DNA of 62,490 nucleotides, filler included, from Choristocarpus tenellus KU-1152 (Eukaryota > Protista > Phaeophyceae): NCBI GenBank assembly GCA_964200185.2. It is 11 parts of 11 records of this genome, joined end to end, with 100 filler letters (N's around TTAATTAATTAA, not from the genome) between each part and the next. Parts side by side here need not be neighbours in the genome. Positions count along the whole stretch, not along the records: positions 39,788 to 42,476 come from CAXNAD020025629.1; positions 42,577 to 48,900 come from CAXNAD020008391.1; positions 49,001 to 53,531 come from CAXNAD020014125.1; 8 more parts are not named here. The stretch is one strand, 5' to 3'. Positions 40,541-52,486 of the stretch are shown one piece after another. Each line of letters opens with the position of its first letter. The stretch's first letter is position 1. Below the pieces are notes generated by a model. It did not search any database. It had not been told where the DNA came from and saw nothing but the letters and a program-made list of their open reading frames with translations. A program made the position numbers and the translations under genes.

Positions 40541-40833
40541 AGTGCACAGGGGAACCCCTGTTTTGGGGAACTCTCAGCGTCCTTTCGGAACCCCCACTGC
40601 TACACTTTTTCCAGGTTTTCATATGAAGCTTAGGGGTTTTTTGACGCACAGGTTAGGGTTGGGGTTAGATTTTCAGAAATGAGCTGGTTATAGATATTTT
40701 TCACACACTAATTAGGGGTAGGGCTGGGGTTAGGGTTATATATTGCGTTTGGTTTTCAAAATGTGTGCAAAAAAGTGAAAAAGGATATTACAGTGGGGGT
40801 TTCCCAAGGACAGTGGGGGTTCCCCTGTCCACT
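40541..40833. mobile_element. Small TIR element (MITE) containing telomere-like hexamers
   Basis: Imperfect inverted termini agtgcacaggggaacccc / ggggttcccctgtccact; no TSD resolved. Confidence 0.55.
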
Positions 40834-41199
40834 GCTAGGTGGCAAGTCTAGCCCATCCAGAAGCAGTTCCAAGGTCAGCTGCTCCAACTGAAGCCATGAT
40901 GATAATGGCAATAGTTCTTCTACTTTCAATGCCCCCCTGAATTTGTTCTCATCCCTTAGATTGAGACTCAATGGTGTGCAAATGTGGTGCTGGGTCTGCA
41001 GTGTTCACAGCGTTAGTTCCCCCTGACCTGGCGGTGGGTAATCACTGCATGAAAATCTCAAGGGCAGACACTACAGCATGTTGTCTTTTAGCATGGGCCA
41101 TCAGAAATTACAGTAGGGCTGTTGTTTATGTTTTCGTCGGTTGTGTCAAGTATGCGGGAGACTTGATAGTGGATATTATATATTGTTTCATAAACTTGC

Positions 41200-42476
41200 C
41201 CAATTGGAGAAGCCTATAGTCTGCACTAGAATCAGAGGGGAGGAGATGTTTCACCTGGTAGCAGCGAGGTGCGTACTCCAGGCGCACCAGGAGGGACAGG
41301 GAATGCCTGTACCTGTTCCAGCTCCAGCTTCTCCCTCTGTGCATTAAGTTTGTGGCGTGAAACTTCTGAGCTCGCCGAGCGAGAATTGCGCCAAATCGGA
41401 CGATAGCCCCACAGAATGAAATTGGATTGACAATCTCAGCTTTCAGAAAAGGTGGGGGTTGAGGATCATCTGGTACAGACTCGAGGTGCTTCAAGCCGGC
41501 AAAGTAGGGGTCTTTTGGGGCGATTTTGAGACCAGATCTGGGCACGTCGAGGGTCAGAACGTTGGAATGGCAACCACCCCATCGACCCCCCTGCGTAGGA
41601 AGGGTGCTCAAGTATTCCTGAATACCAGGGTTGTGCTTGCAGTGTGGCACTCCCTCACGATGGTCCCTGGTGAGCATAAAGTGCTGTGACACATTGGGCC
41701 AACCCTTGCAGCGGATTTTGGAGTGTTCGAGTGTTACATGCAAGGGCTCTGGGAGGACATCGCCGATCAGCTCACCTGTGGCCACATGCTGGACCTAGGG
41801 GTGGTGGCACGTAGTGAGCGGCCTTCGTAGCTCACACCGACCAAGACGGCCGCAATACATGGTATCAACTCCGACAATCGGTCATTCACAGTGCGTCAGG
41901 TGACAATGAAGATGGCCGCCAAGGGGCTGAAATTTAGCACGAGCATCATGAAAAGGTGGTTGGATGACATGGGGGCCATGCTGAATCGCAGCTGGATCAA
42001 ATCGAAGCTTAAATCGTGGCAAAATGCATGGAGAATGGACTTTGTTTGTGATCAAGAGGACCGGAAACGTGGTGTGTACGCCTCCATGGCGAATACGATC
42101 CATTTATTTTTTGTGATGGCTGATGGGGAAAGGGTTAGGGTATTTCCGCCTGAAGATGATAGCAACCTTCCAGGGTCCCCTACTGTGCAGCACAAGAGTC
42201 ATATCCCCCAAACTGTGATCATTGCAGCTAATGCCTGCTCAGATTCGGCTCACACCTCTCATGGAAAGCTTGGTGTTTGGCGTGTGTGTGCGCCAAAACG
42301 GCAGACAGGACAAGCAAGAACCATCAAAGGAGGGATGTGTATGAGCAGGACTGTACTTTAGACCATTTGTGGTACAGGAAGTGGTACACGGAGGAGTTAC
42401 TGCCTGCAATCAAGACCAAGATGCCTTGGTTGCAGGGGAAGCACGTTGTAGTTCAGCAAGACGATGCCACCCCCCA
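41200..42476 (+). mobile_element. Degenerate mariner transposase (plant/oomycete DD39D-like)
   Basis: ORFs 41891-42361 and 42277 onward are joined by a frameshift: TIHL-FFV (expected DEKW missing), VQHKSHIPQTVIIAANA, GKLGVWRV, ADRTSKN, LLPAIKTKMP, VVQQDDATP. The 5' limit is approximate. Confidence 0.85.
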
Positions 42477-42779
42477 NNNNNNNNNNNNNNNNNNNNNNNN
42501 NNNNNNNNNNNNNNNNNNNNTTAATTAATTAANNNNNNNNNNNNNNNNNNNNNNNNNNNNNNNNNNNNNNNNNNNNGGGTGCCGGCGTCCATTTTTGACC
42601 CTGAGAGAGGGCAGCCTTCCCATGAAAAACACAGGGTGTTCATAAGAGCTTCCACCTCAATGTGTGTGGGGAATTAATTCAGGTGGTGGTAGGGGGATAT
42701 TATCACACACAGTCAGGGAGCAAATGAATGAAGGAAGCAACACATGCAGAAGTTGACGCCCGAAGGTTGGAAGAGGGTT

Positions 42780-43010
42780 CCCAATGACTGATATGGATAG
42801 TGGAACTTGCAAGAACCAGCTCAAACGGGGCTGGGAAAGAAGCTCGCGATATCCCTGCCTGACAAAACATGCCTGCCATATTCTAGCCACTCCTGCTACA
42901 CAAGCAGACTCAGAGCGCATTTTCTCAACAACAGGTGGGAATATTGTGACCTGAAAACGAGCTGACTGAACCCAGGTCATGAGCAGCTTTCTGTCCTTCC
43001 TTTTTAACAC
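42780..43010 (+). mobile_element. hAT transposase C-terminal dimerisation domain remnant
   Basis: Hand translation GWERSSRYPCLTKHACHILATPATQADSERIFSTTGGNIVT*KRA matches W..RYP.L...LA.PAT...SER.FS. Confidence 0.85.
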
Positions 43011-43553
43011 CTATATGAAGGTGGATGCATCGGAAGCTGCCACGTGAGGCAACAGAAAGGATATCATCTCAATCTCAAAATCTGAAGCTGAAGCAGCAAT
43101 GCGTTTAGTCACATGTACATCCCTACTCAAATACACCAAAAGAGATGTAACAAGTGTTGATCTCACTATATAGACATCCTGACAACTCTTCGGTCCCTTC
43201 TTCTTCTACAATACATACATACATACATACATACATACATACATACATACATACATACATACATACATACATACCAAAGTATCTCAGACATCTCATCAAA
43301 AGTATCTAGTAGTGGAAAACAAGAGCACAGAAATGAAGAGCACCTCGAAAATTTTCACCTCCAGTATGGCACCTCACACCCTCGGGGGGGTATCTGCCTC
43401 ACGGTACTCAGCAATCAGGCACGCAAAGCACCCCTCATTATAATTGGAGTACATCGAAATGTCTCAAGCCAGATAAATTTCCACTCATAAATTATCTCAA
43501 TTCACAACACTAATGATTCGTGGCTTTGTGTGAGGGAGGTAGAACCTTCGTAT

Positions 43554-43764
43554 GGGTATAATGGTTGCCATAGCCGCCAAGTCATTCAATCGGAATTTTT
43601 TTTCTTTTTTCATGTGTCCACAAAATATTTAGAAAAGAAAAAATGCCCCATTTTCGTCCATTTCAAACATTCCTATAATTATTGCTCAACTTAATGTACA
43701 CCCACAAAAATGAGAAGAAATTTGTCTCTTGAAGAAGTTGTCGGATATGGCAACCATTACACCC
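43554..43764. mobile_element. MITE (~210 bp) with ~35-bp imperfect TIRs
   Basis: gggtataatggttgccatagccgccaa / ttgtcggatatggcaaccattacaccc. Confidence 0.7.
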
Positions 43765-44240
43765 GCAAGTAGGTGTACTCTCCAGCTGATGCCAAATCAA
43801 AAATAAGAACACAAATCAGTCGCATTCATTCCGAGAAAACCACCCGACCTGTGCATGCCTACACTCTTTGGGTACATCATGTTAGTATACCATTAGAGAC
43901 GACATTAGTAGTGGGTACAAAAATTGAACACTCGCATGGTTTGTCTTCATGACCCCTCACAACATGTTTCATTCAGGACGAAAAAAGGTACAGATCTGCA
44001 CCAAGAAAAAGTTCACTAGAAGTGTCTTGCTTTGTACAAATGCAACGAAAGCTCCGCCTAGAATAATGATTTAGAGTACACACAAGAAGCGTGTGTTGTT
44101 CTGCTGCCTACAAATACACATTGCTTGTGGTGGTGATAGAAAAGCGGGCCAGAGGATCGAGCATGGGTGCTGAATCACGTTCCATTCCAATTCGTAATTA
44201 CAGTTTGTAAATTGCAATCTAAGGCACAGAAATAGTATCG

Positions 44241-45831
44241 TCACTTTAGCCACAAGTACCACCATCTCCGAGGCTGGGATCCGCCTCCCTCCATGCCTGG
44301 TTCCACTGTCGACTCTGCCACTCCTTCTGGAAGTTTCCCTCCCAAACCTGTCCTTGCCTCCCCCATTTGTAAGGCTGCTGAGCTCCCTCCATTAGAACCA
44401 TCTGACTCTTCTAACCCAGGGATGAAGCCGTAAGCCTCGATTTCAGCAGTTGTTGAGTGTTGCCTACTTACACCTCCCCTTCCCCCCTTGAGTAGTTCAT
44501 CCATGCGCTCCACCTGCTTCAAGGAGAATCAAAGGAGGGAAGGGGGATGGGGTGAGATGCTTACATATGTGTCTCACGTAGATGCAGCAAGAACATGAAT
44601 TTGTGCTGTGTTCTCTTTACTGTGGCAATATGTGCTCTCAAGGCGTTCGAGTCACAACTGGACTGCACTGAAGGTTAAATAATGGAAGAATCAAAAGAAC
44701 TCAATTTGCAAGAGATGAATTCTGCCCCAGCTGCCTTGGCATGCATCTTCCTTTCACATTCAACAAATTCAACACTTCAACACCTAGCAGTCAACTGCTT
44801 TATATCTCCAAGTAGAACTGCCTGTCCTTATTCATCGAGTCATGGGGGAAAGCAACAAAACCTAGGTTTGATCTCTTGGTAGGCATAGGTAACCAATTGG
44901 GGCAACTCAAAAGACAACCTTTGTGCCCTAATATCCCTGCTTGACGCCTTTGCAGTCCAGAATTGATCCAATAAATGGCAGAAGACAAGTCCCATCTCCA
45001 AACTTGCTTTCATGACAGGTCATCAAATGCAGAGTACATTTTGGGTCTCAACCGCAGAGCGATGAAATTATTTTCATAGACACTTCTTCTTAAAGCAGGA
45101 GATAGGGGGAGATATGTCATACGTTGAAATATACCATGCAAGCACTGCAGTTTCTCAGAAGTACCATGCAGGAATTAGTCCAAAAGCTCAAAGTGACGCT
45201 CATCTAGAAGAATTTGAACTTCTTTCTAGCTGTCACATAATTTGATGTGTGGAACTGAAGACTATAATTTGCATTATCTAGTGTTATAGTCCTGCGGCAT
45301 TAACGGCAGCTCTTCAACACGATCAGTTTTTTCGCCGAAAGGACGATAGTACGGCACAGTAGACAGGTCCGATTTTAAAAAATATAGAACTCCAAACTGT
45401 ACAACTGAGTGGATTTGATCTGCTCATCCTGTTTTGTGTTCTCGCATACCTCACGCGGATCACCGTCACGTACTCTTCTTATGAACTCTTTTACTTGAGC
45501 AATATTTTCCTTGTTGCCTCTTGAAGTCTGTGCTCGTATGGGTGAGAAGTGGAAGGAATGAGGAGTGGAAGGGGTGAGGGAGATGGTCAGGGAGGTGGTC
45601 GAAGATTTTGGGTTGCAGAACGACATCACAATACTCGACCTTAACATTGCGTCACTTCTTGGCAGGCACGAGATTATTGGAACTCACATGTGGAAATTCG
45701 GCCTTGACGGTGTCTCCAATAGCCTCTTCGCTCTTCCAGTCTTGACTGAAGAAATAGTAGGTGGCTCCAACAAGAAGAATTGCAGGTGGCGAGATCCAAG
45801 AAGATGGTATACGGAATCGCGGTTTCGACAT
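44241..45831 (-). CDS. Small hypothetical single-pass membrane protein (~165 aa, 3 exons, apparently complete)
   Basis: Exons 45831-45688, 45527-45450, 44516 (or 44513)-44241, all phase 0: MSKPRFRIPSSWISPPAILLVGATYYFFSQDWKSEEAIGDTVKAEFPH|TSRGNKENIAQVKEFIRRVRDGDPRE|QVERMDELLKGG...QPRRWWYLWLK*. Confidence 0.72.
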
Positions 45832-46046
45832 CCTTCCTCCGACTTAGTTTTGCACACACTAGCACGAACTCCGTCAGTCTTTTTGACAACACTTGTTCTT
45901 ATTCACTCCGATTACACAGAGATCACCACGCAAGTGAAGTAATGATCCTTAAGTTCAAACTTGGGTATTGGTGTATTTCGTATCTACTATTATACAAAGG
46001 TATACATTTATTAATATATTGCAGATGCAACTTAGCCAGTATATGG

Positions 46047-46119
46047 GGGGGATTAGCTCAAATGGTAGAGCGCTTCCTTAGCATGGAAGAAGTAGTGGGA
46101 TCGATACCCACATTCTCCA
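46047..46119 (+). tRNA. tRNA-Ala (anticodon AGC)
   Basis: 73-nt cloverleaf: acceptor stem GGGGGAT/ATTCTCC with G3:U70, D-arm TAGCTCAAATGGTAGAGC, anticodon arm CTTCC-TTAGCAT-GGAAG, T-arm GTGGG-ATCGATA-CCCAC; TTTTT Pol III terminator just downstream. Confidence 0.96.
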
Positions 46120-46541
46120 TACATTTTTCGAGGGGGTATAGCATAGTGCGTAGTTCTCTTGTATTGAACTGGGAGAGTGCACTCAACACCACCTACAGGA
46201 GTGGGACTGGGTATAACATACCCGGCAGTAAAATAGAATAGTAAATAGATTATTATCTTTCATTTACGACAACTGTTACTTTTTCCGGCATGTAAGTGGT
46301 TTTCATTGGTGTTTCCTCTGACATCTCCAAAAATTTGATAGGCCATAATAATATATAGGACCCCGGAGGTCCACATCCTCACAGCTGATGACGCCAGGAT
46401 CACAAGGAGGGCTCAGCATGAGATCACACGCCTCCTGAGCAGGATCCGTTTTGACTCCTTTCGGACACAACTAGCCGGCCTACCAAGTGAAGTGCAACAG
46501 GGGAAGGAAAGTTACTCGTTATTAACCCTAGCACGCCACTA

Positions 46542-47623
46542 ACAGCCGATTTCAAAAATTGAGGACGGAGCTTTTCATTGAGGATGGAGCTTTTCATTGA
46601 GGATGGGCTTGACCCAAAATTGACTGGGATATATTTTCATTGAGGATGGGCTTGACCCAAAAAATCGCGACATGAAAAAATTGACCCCAAAAGGACAGCC
46701 GCCACCCCCTCACAGATACTTTGGGCCTGCACTTCTGCAAATGTAACATCTAGCAGGAGGCCTTTGTCCCGGTAGGGGGCTGTTCCAGCATCCTCAAGTG
46801 CCCCTGCCTGGAAGACTATATCCATGCGGAAATTCCTGTCTATCATGAAGGGACTGCCATCCTCTGTAGCGCAAGGGATGCCCATTCCCTTGCATCGTTG
46901 ACTTAGGTGTTTCACCATGGGTGTGTGCTGTCGCACCTGGCCTTCTGACCTGGGGAAGGTACAGGCATGTCTGGTGTCGACATTTTGCCTCCTGCACCCC
47001 GCCCGCCACTGGGCACCTGTTTGAGAAGGCCTCCTCCCTGCTGGCCGGGAGCTTGAATTCTAGGGGGATCTGGAATGCCAGCTCCAGGGGTTGTGTTGAG
47101 GTCCATGCGTTTGCCCCTTGTCCACACTAGCTCCAGTGAACAGCCGATTTCAAAAATTGAGGATGGCAGCACCCTCTCTCTCTGTGACCGTGAGACATTG
47201 TGTTGGTGTACTGTGGTCGTTTGTGCTTATATTTCTGAAGGGGAGAGTCTATGGCAATACCCTAGTTCAGTGGTACTGTGATTTTGTGTCTGTATTTATG
47301 TTGATAGTTTTTAAGGGGTAGTGTTACAGGCACCCCTCAAAACTCACCTCCACGGGATAAGTAACTCAAAGCCAACGACCTTAAAACGACGCTAAGAGGG
47401 GGGTCCACAGATGATAACCACGTACGGTGTCAGCTTGATGCTTAGCTCCGTCAATGCCTCGCTTTTCGCTTTATCAAAAGAGGTAACATCAAAAAGGAAC
47501 TGAGGGCATGGTGATCCGCATCAGCCTTCTCTTAAAAAACACATCGACTCTTTATCCCAGTCAAATTTGGGTCAAGCCCATCCTCAATGAAAAGCTCCAT
47601 CCTCAATTATTGAAATCGGCTGT
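46542..47623. mobile_element. Composite non-autonomous TIR element with ~70-bp TIRs and TA flanks
   Basis: ta|acagccgatttcaa..aattgagga.ggagcttttcattgaggatgggcttgacccaaa.ttgactgggata at the left and its reverse complement at ~47553-47623|ta; an extra partial left TIR at 47140. Confidence 0.75.
46728..47130 (-). mobile_element. Non-LTR retrotransposon C-terminal remnant (restriction-like endonuclease region)
   Basis: QHTPMVKHLSQRCKGMGIPCATEDGSPF...RMDIVF...LLLDVTF resembles the RH...E...R(P/M)D...D(V)T pattern. Confidence 0.7.
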
Positions 47624-47704
47624 TATAGGTCACGACCTGACGATGTTGACAAGTTTTTTTCGTTGATGTTCTCTTCATGTTTATAATAGAGGGCTGTCCA
47701 AAAT

Positions 47705-47927
47705 GAGCGAAAGTATCTTAGAGGGTACGAGATTTGCCCTGTTTGTCCATTTGGAGCTTAGCTTCCCATGGGTTTAGTTATGATATTTTCCTACTCCAAA
47801 ATGTTTGGAATAGATAAAATGTACACGTTACGAAAAAGTGTGTCCAAAACAAGGATACTGACACTTCGCCACATTGGATTTTGGTCCCCAAATGGACGCG
47901 GCCCTACCCTCTAAGATACTTTGTCTC
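47705..47927. mobile_element. MITE family A, internally deleted 223-bp copy with AAAT TSD
   Basis: aaat|GAGCGAAAGTATCTTAGAGGGTA...TACCCTCTAAGATACTTTGTCTC|aaat. Confidence 0.92.
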
Positions 47928-49411
47928 AAATATTCTTTCATACATTTTTTCGATGATAAATCACGACCTGACGACGACAACAAGTTAATTTCATTGTGCC
48001 ATCCTATCCCCATCTATTGGGTGCTGTTTCTTTCTATCTTTGAGTATGAATAGAGAAGCGGCCTTGGACCTTGGTATTGGTGCTGGTACTCACTGGATTG
48101 GGATGATTGCGTCAGCCACTTTCTACGTGCTGGACTTTCTCTTCTTGCTGTAATTAAGTTCATCCTACTGTTTCTTCCTTTTTGGTCGTTTATTTAACAA
48201 GATGCATTTTTCGCTTAGTCCCAGCATTTCTCTGCATTCCTGCTTTCTGTCTTTTTTTTACATACCTGTCTGCTTTTTTTGTCAGATATATTTTTTCTTT
48301 CTACTCTCTTGTTTGCAATATTATCTTGGACCACAGATGGGTCAGAGCAATTCGAATGCTTACTTGGGCACAACACCTGCAAAATGTTTCTAACCATGCT
48401 TTTATCATGCGTGGACTGGGGCCACAGGGTATCCTACAGTCTGGTCCAGTCACATCTCTGACAGCCCTAGACTGCCCAGAAAATCATGTTTTTCACATGG
48501 ACCAGCCATGGCTCGGTATAGTCGAAATTGTGGCAGTCTTCGACGTTTCCGTTTAAAGTGCATTTTCTGGGCTGGGTCTGTGACCCACCGTTGTTCTTAT
48601 CCATTATAAATTGATGTATTAGCAGGGCTAGCCTTGTCAAAATGGGTTGGCCCCGCTTGGGTAAAATATGTCAAGTGGAACCCCAAATTGTCACAAACAC
48701 ATGTGAGAATGCTCTGTACCATCTATGTCTCGACAGAGAGTCACAGGTCGGTCCAAGACCTTGTCCGATCATGATAATTGACGGCCCTGGACTGGCTCCA
48801 AGAAAAATAACTGGGTTACCCTGTGACCTGTTCCAGATGAGAGCGAAAGTATCTTAGAGGGTACGAGTTTTGCCCTGTTTGTCCATTTGGGCTTGGATTC
48901 NNNNNNNNNNNNNNNNNNNNNNNNNNNNNNNNNNNNNNNNNNNNTTAATTAATTAANNNNNNNNNNNNNNNNNNNNNNNNNNNNNNNNNNNNNNNNNNNN
49001 TTGTTAGGAAGTGTCAATATCTACGTTTCGGACACACCTTTCATAACGTACACATTTAATCTACTCCGAAACATTTTGGAGTTGGAAAATGTCATAAGAA
49101 AACCCATGGGAAGCCAATCCCCACAAATGGACAAACAGGGAAAAATTCCTACCCTCTAAGATAGTTTCACTCAGAAGCAAGGTGGAGATTGACCAAGATC
49201 GCTGTCTACAGTGGAAGAAAACGATTTGCTATTCCCCCTATTAGCAATGAAAGACTAGAAGTGACAGAACAGCAAAGTTTGTAGTACGGAAGGCAACCTT
49301 GTCGCCACAGAATCACGAAGAAGATCCACAACCAATCCTACCAAGCATCAACTATTTTTTTTCGGTACAAGCCATTTCAGCTGTAGTTACGAACACGGGA
49401 GGCACACTCAC

Positions 49412-51727
49412 GGCTCTGATCCGTTGTAGAGGTTTCATTTCGACAATCGTGGAGATGTTTGCCCTCAGTTGGCGGACGGGCCCCGCCTGTTGGTCGTCAG
49501 ATGAAACCTTCTGCAGAAGTTGGACCACCACCGCCTTCCTCTCCTCATAGTGGCGCTTGACCCAGAGCTCGTGAATACCGTACTTCTTGTATGCGAGCCT
49601 GTCCATTTCCCTGGTAGTCCGTACATCATTCACGTAACGTCTGGAATTCAGGGCAATTTTGCAATAATCAATAAGTGCGGTGCAGAAAAAGACGCTGATG
49701 GTGTATTTTACAATGCAGGGGCGCATGGCGACGTATGGGTGCGCAGGAGATACGGAAAAGGGGAAAAAAAAATACTCAACACCAACTGCACAATTTACCG
49801 ACCTTTGGAGCTCTGATGTCCACTTCTCCTTGGGCACAATCTGCCTGGTGCGCGAGATAAGCATCTCAGACATGTGCGCGTCCGATCCGATCTCCTTGTG
49901 GTCCCTCGTCGTAGGAGGCTTCCTGTAGAACGACTTGTATCTGCTAAAATAGAATTGCCACAAAGGGCGTCAAGGAGAACGATGCGCAGGTTATGAAGAG
50001 GAAAGGGTCACCACTGCAGCAAATATTCATCACTCGATTGTCCTACTTCCTAAAAGACAAGAGCACACATACACAGGCAACACGCACTGTTGAATTACCA
50101 GAATACTACGAAGGGATTTTTGTTCGACACAACAATGGCCGACTAATTTCGTCATCGTAGGAGACACTTATTTCACGCTCCTGTGCAATATGCTGCGACC
50201 TGCATAAACTGTGTTTACTGCTGCCTACACGATAAAACACGATGGCGTTTTGACTTGCCTAGCAAGCAGTTGGATGCATAGCCCTTGCTTGAGAGAAGTG
50301 AAGCCGCGAAATTCCTCGGTCGTCAGATAGTTTAGTGAGATTGCATTGCGGTCAATCGTTGGCGACGAGGACTGACACACTTCCTTCAGTACCTCGAAGG
50401 ACTCTAGTTGAAGGGAGTTTACGCCTTGCTGCCATTTTCGTAGAGTTGACTTCAACGGGGCAGTAACGCCCACCTTCGTGATGGGCAGAAAACGGAAAAC
50501 ATTATGCACACAGCCAGCGAGGATGAGGCATCGTTATTACCACGCCAACTTTGTATATATGTGTGTGTGTGGGGGGGGGGGGGTTTCAGGCAACACCGTC
50601 GATAAAACAATCAAGAAATGATTTTTTTTGCACGTCTGTGGTTAACCACACATACATACTACATGGTCACCCGAAGATCAATAAGTTGGTTGACAGGGTA
50701 TCTAAACGCGGGACAACTATCTCAACTTAGGTTGAATAGTTCGACACAGGTATATCTCGCATCAGCTGTAACCCAACTAGAAGAGGAGTAGAGCGTGACC
50801 ATCCCACCAATGTCGACAACTCTCTCACCTTCTGATACATTTTGTGGATATCTCCTAGTGACACTTCTTTCTTCTTCCTCTGTCACTCGATAGCTTCTTG
50901 GAGCTTGTGCTGAAAATATATCTTATCGTATAACGTGCGCCCAACCACACTCTCTGTCACGTCGTTGAATACTATAAGCATAGCGGTGCAGTGGGCGAAC
51001 GGGACAAGGGTTAGGTGGGGAGCGATCACAGGACACACGTGGCCTGCGGCACCGATAAACATGTTGCTGTGGACAGGGATACCACGAGGGAAAAAAAAGA
51101 TGACCAACGAAAAAATCCACAATGGGCTGACTGACAATGAACATAGCAAGGGAAACTCGACAACAGCTTTGTATATCAGAATAGTCATCAGGCGATCACG
51201 GAACAACGAAAACACTACATTACTTCGGTGCTTGGTTGATCAGAACGGTCAGGCGATTATGGAACAACAAAAACAGTTCATCACCCACTGTTGGCAATTA
51301 GCCTCTCTTCCGAATGCTCGAACTCCATGTAGATTCGCATGGTGAAAGCGTGCTCTGGATCATACACTCTCTTCAGCACAGTTACTCTATGGTTTCCGTC
51401 CAATACACGCCCTTAAATGGCAAGCGCAGTTTCGGCATTTAGCTCATCCATATTACCTAAACTTTCTTGCTGGATGACAACAATTGGAACAAACTGATCC
51501 AGCCAGCCTTTCTCCTTTATAGACATATGAACGCGCGCAAGGCCACGGTCGCTTACAGGACGCACCATATCTGTACATGTGACGTGTCCTGGTTTTATCT
51601 TGTATGACCCCAGATAATATTTATCCAGTAGCTGGGACATGCCAGTAGGGGGTAGGTCCTGCGTTCTGGATTCCAAAATTTTCCCATCGGCGGGCGGGTG
51701 GGTTGTTGTTCTTGGAATGTTCGACAT
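49412..51727 (-). pseudogene. Spliced ParB/Srx-like N-terminal domain gene with two in-frame stops
   Basis: Exons 51727-51289, 50971-50829, 50473-50259, 49940-49803, 49640-49412 are phase-compatible (1,0,2,2). Translation includes VRPVSDRGLARVHMSIKEKGWLDQFVPIVV...AI*GRVLDGNHRVTVLK...EERLIANIFNDVTESVVGRTLYDKI. Stops are TAA at 51413-51415 and TGA at 50883-50885. Confidence 0.72.
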
Positions 51728-52486
51728 GGCGAAGATTGGGTTAGTGTGATGGGGATGGGTAAGTAAGAGGTCTGCTTGGTATCTATGGAAGGGAATTAAT
51801 TGAATTGAGGACTGAGGGATGGGAGGTGCTGTTTTATGTCGTCTGACTTTTCGATCCTCAAAACTCAGATTGCACATTTTTTATGAGAATTGCGCTACAA
51901 AAATACGAATATCGAACAGCATAGGATTTCATATTGAACTGGGACAGATGGTGTCTGTATTTTCGTGACCTTTTCGGCCTATCACGTTTTGAACGTATGA
52001 GATCAATGAAGGATGTGGTTTGTATCTGTATTTGTTGGTGTAAAGATTAGAATATCATTCTACTTTTGGAAAAACCCTACCGCACGTGTTCTGAGTTTTC
52101 AACGGTATTCCTGGTTACCAGTAACCAGGAATACGATAGATCCGCTTTTTTATGTTATCTAGTGTTTATTTAAACCCTAAAGACGCCAAGAAGAGGATTT
52201 AAGGTTTATTTAAATAGTGTATACCAGTTGGAATGACTTCTTAGGTTTTCTGAAATTGGAAACGTGTGAGACCCCTAAAGTGCGTTCTTGGTATTAATAA
52301 AAACCCTAAGCACGGTTTTCAATGAATTTAGTATTTTTTTAAACCCTAACGCACGTGTAAAGTGAATCTTAGAGAAACAGTGGTTTGTGGTAACCAACTT
52401 TTCTCTAAGAGTCACTTATTATCGACTTGTACGTTTATGACAATCGCTATGTGATTCAAAGTATCTTAGAGGCTAGGGTCGAGTCT

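Noticed and set aside
41126-41785. 219-aa minus-strand ORF
   Set aside because: No recognisable motifs; it lies antisense to the upstream part of the decayed mariner element
45565-45942. 125-aa plus-strand ORF
   Set aside because: Antisense shadow of the minus-strand exon 45831-45688, which has a proper ATG and donor
46132-46190. Second tRNA starting ggggtatagcatagtg
   Set aside because: No T-arm/B box or complementary acceptor stem follows
50883-50885. Selenocysteine or stop-codon reassignment in the ParB-like gene
   Set aside because: The gene also has an in-frame TAA, and other genes here end normally at TGA; point decay is simpler
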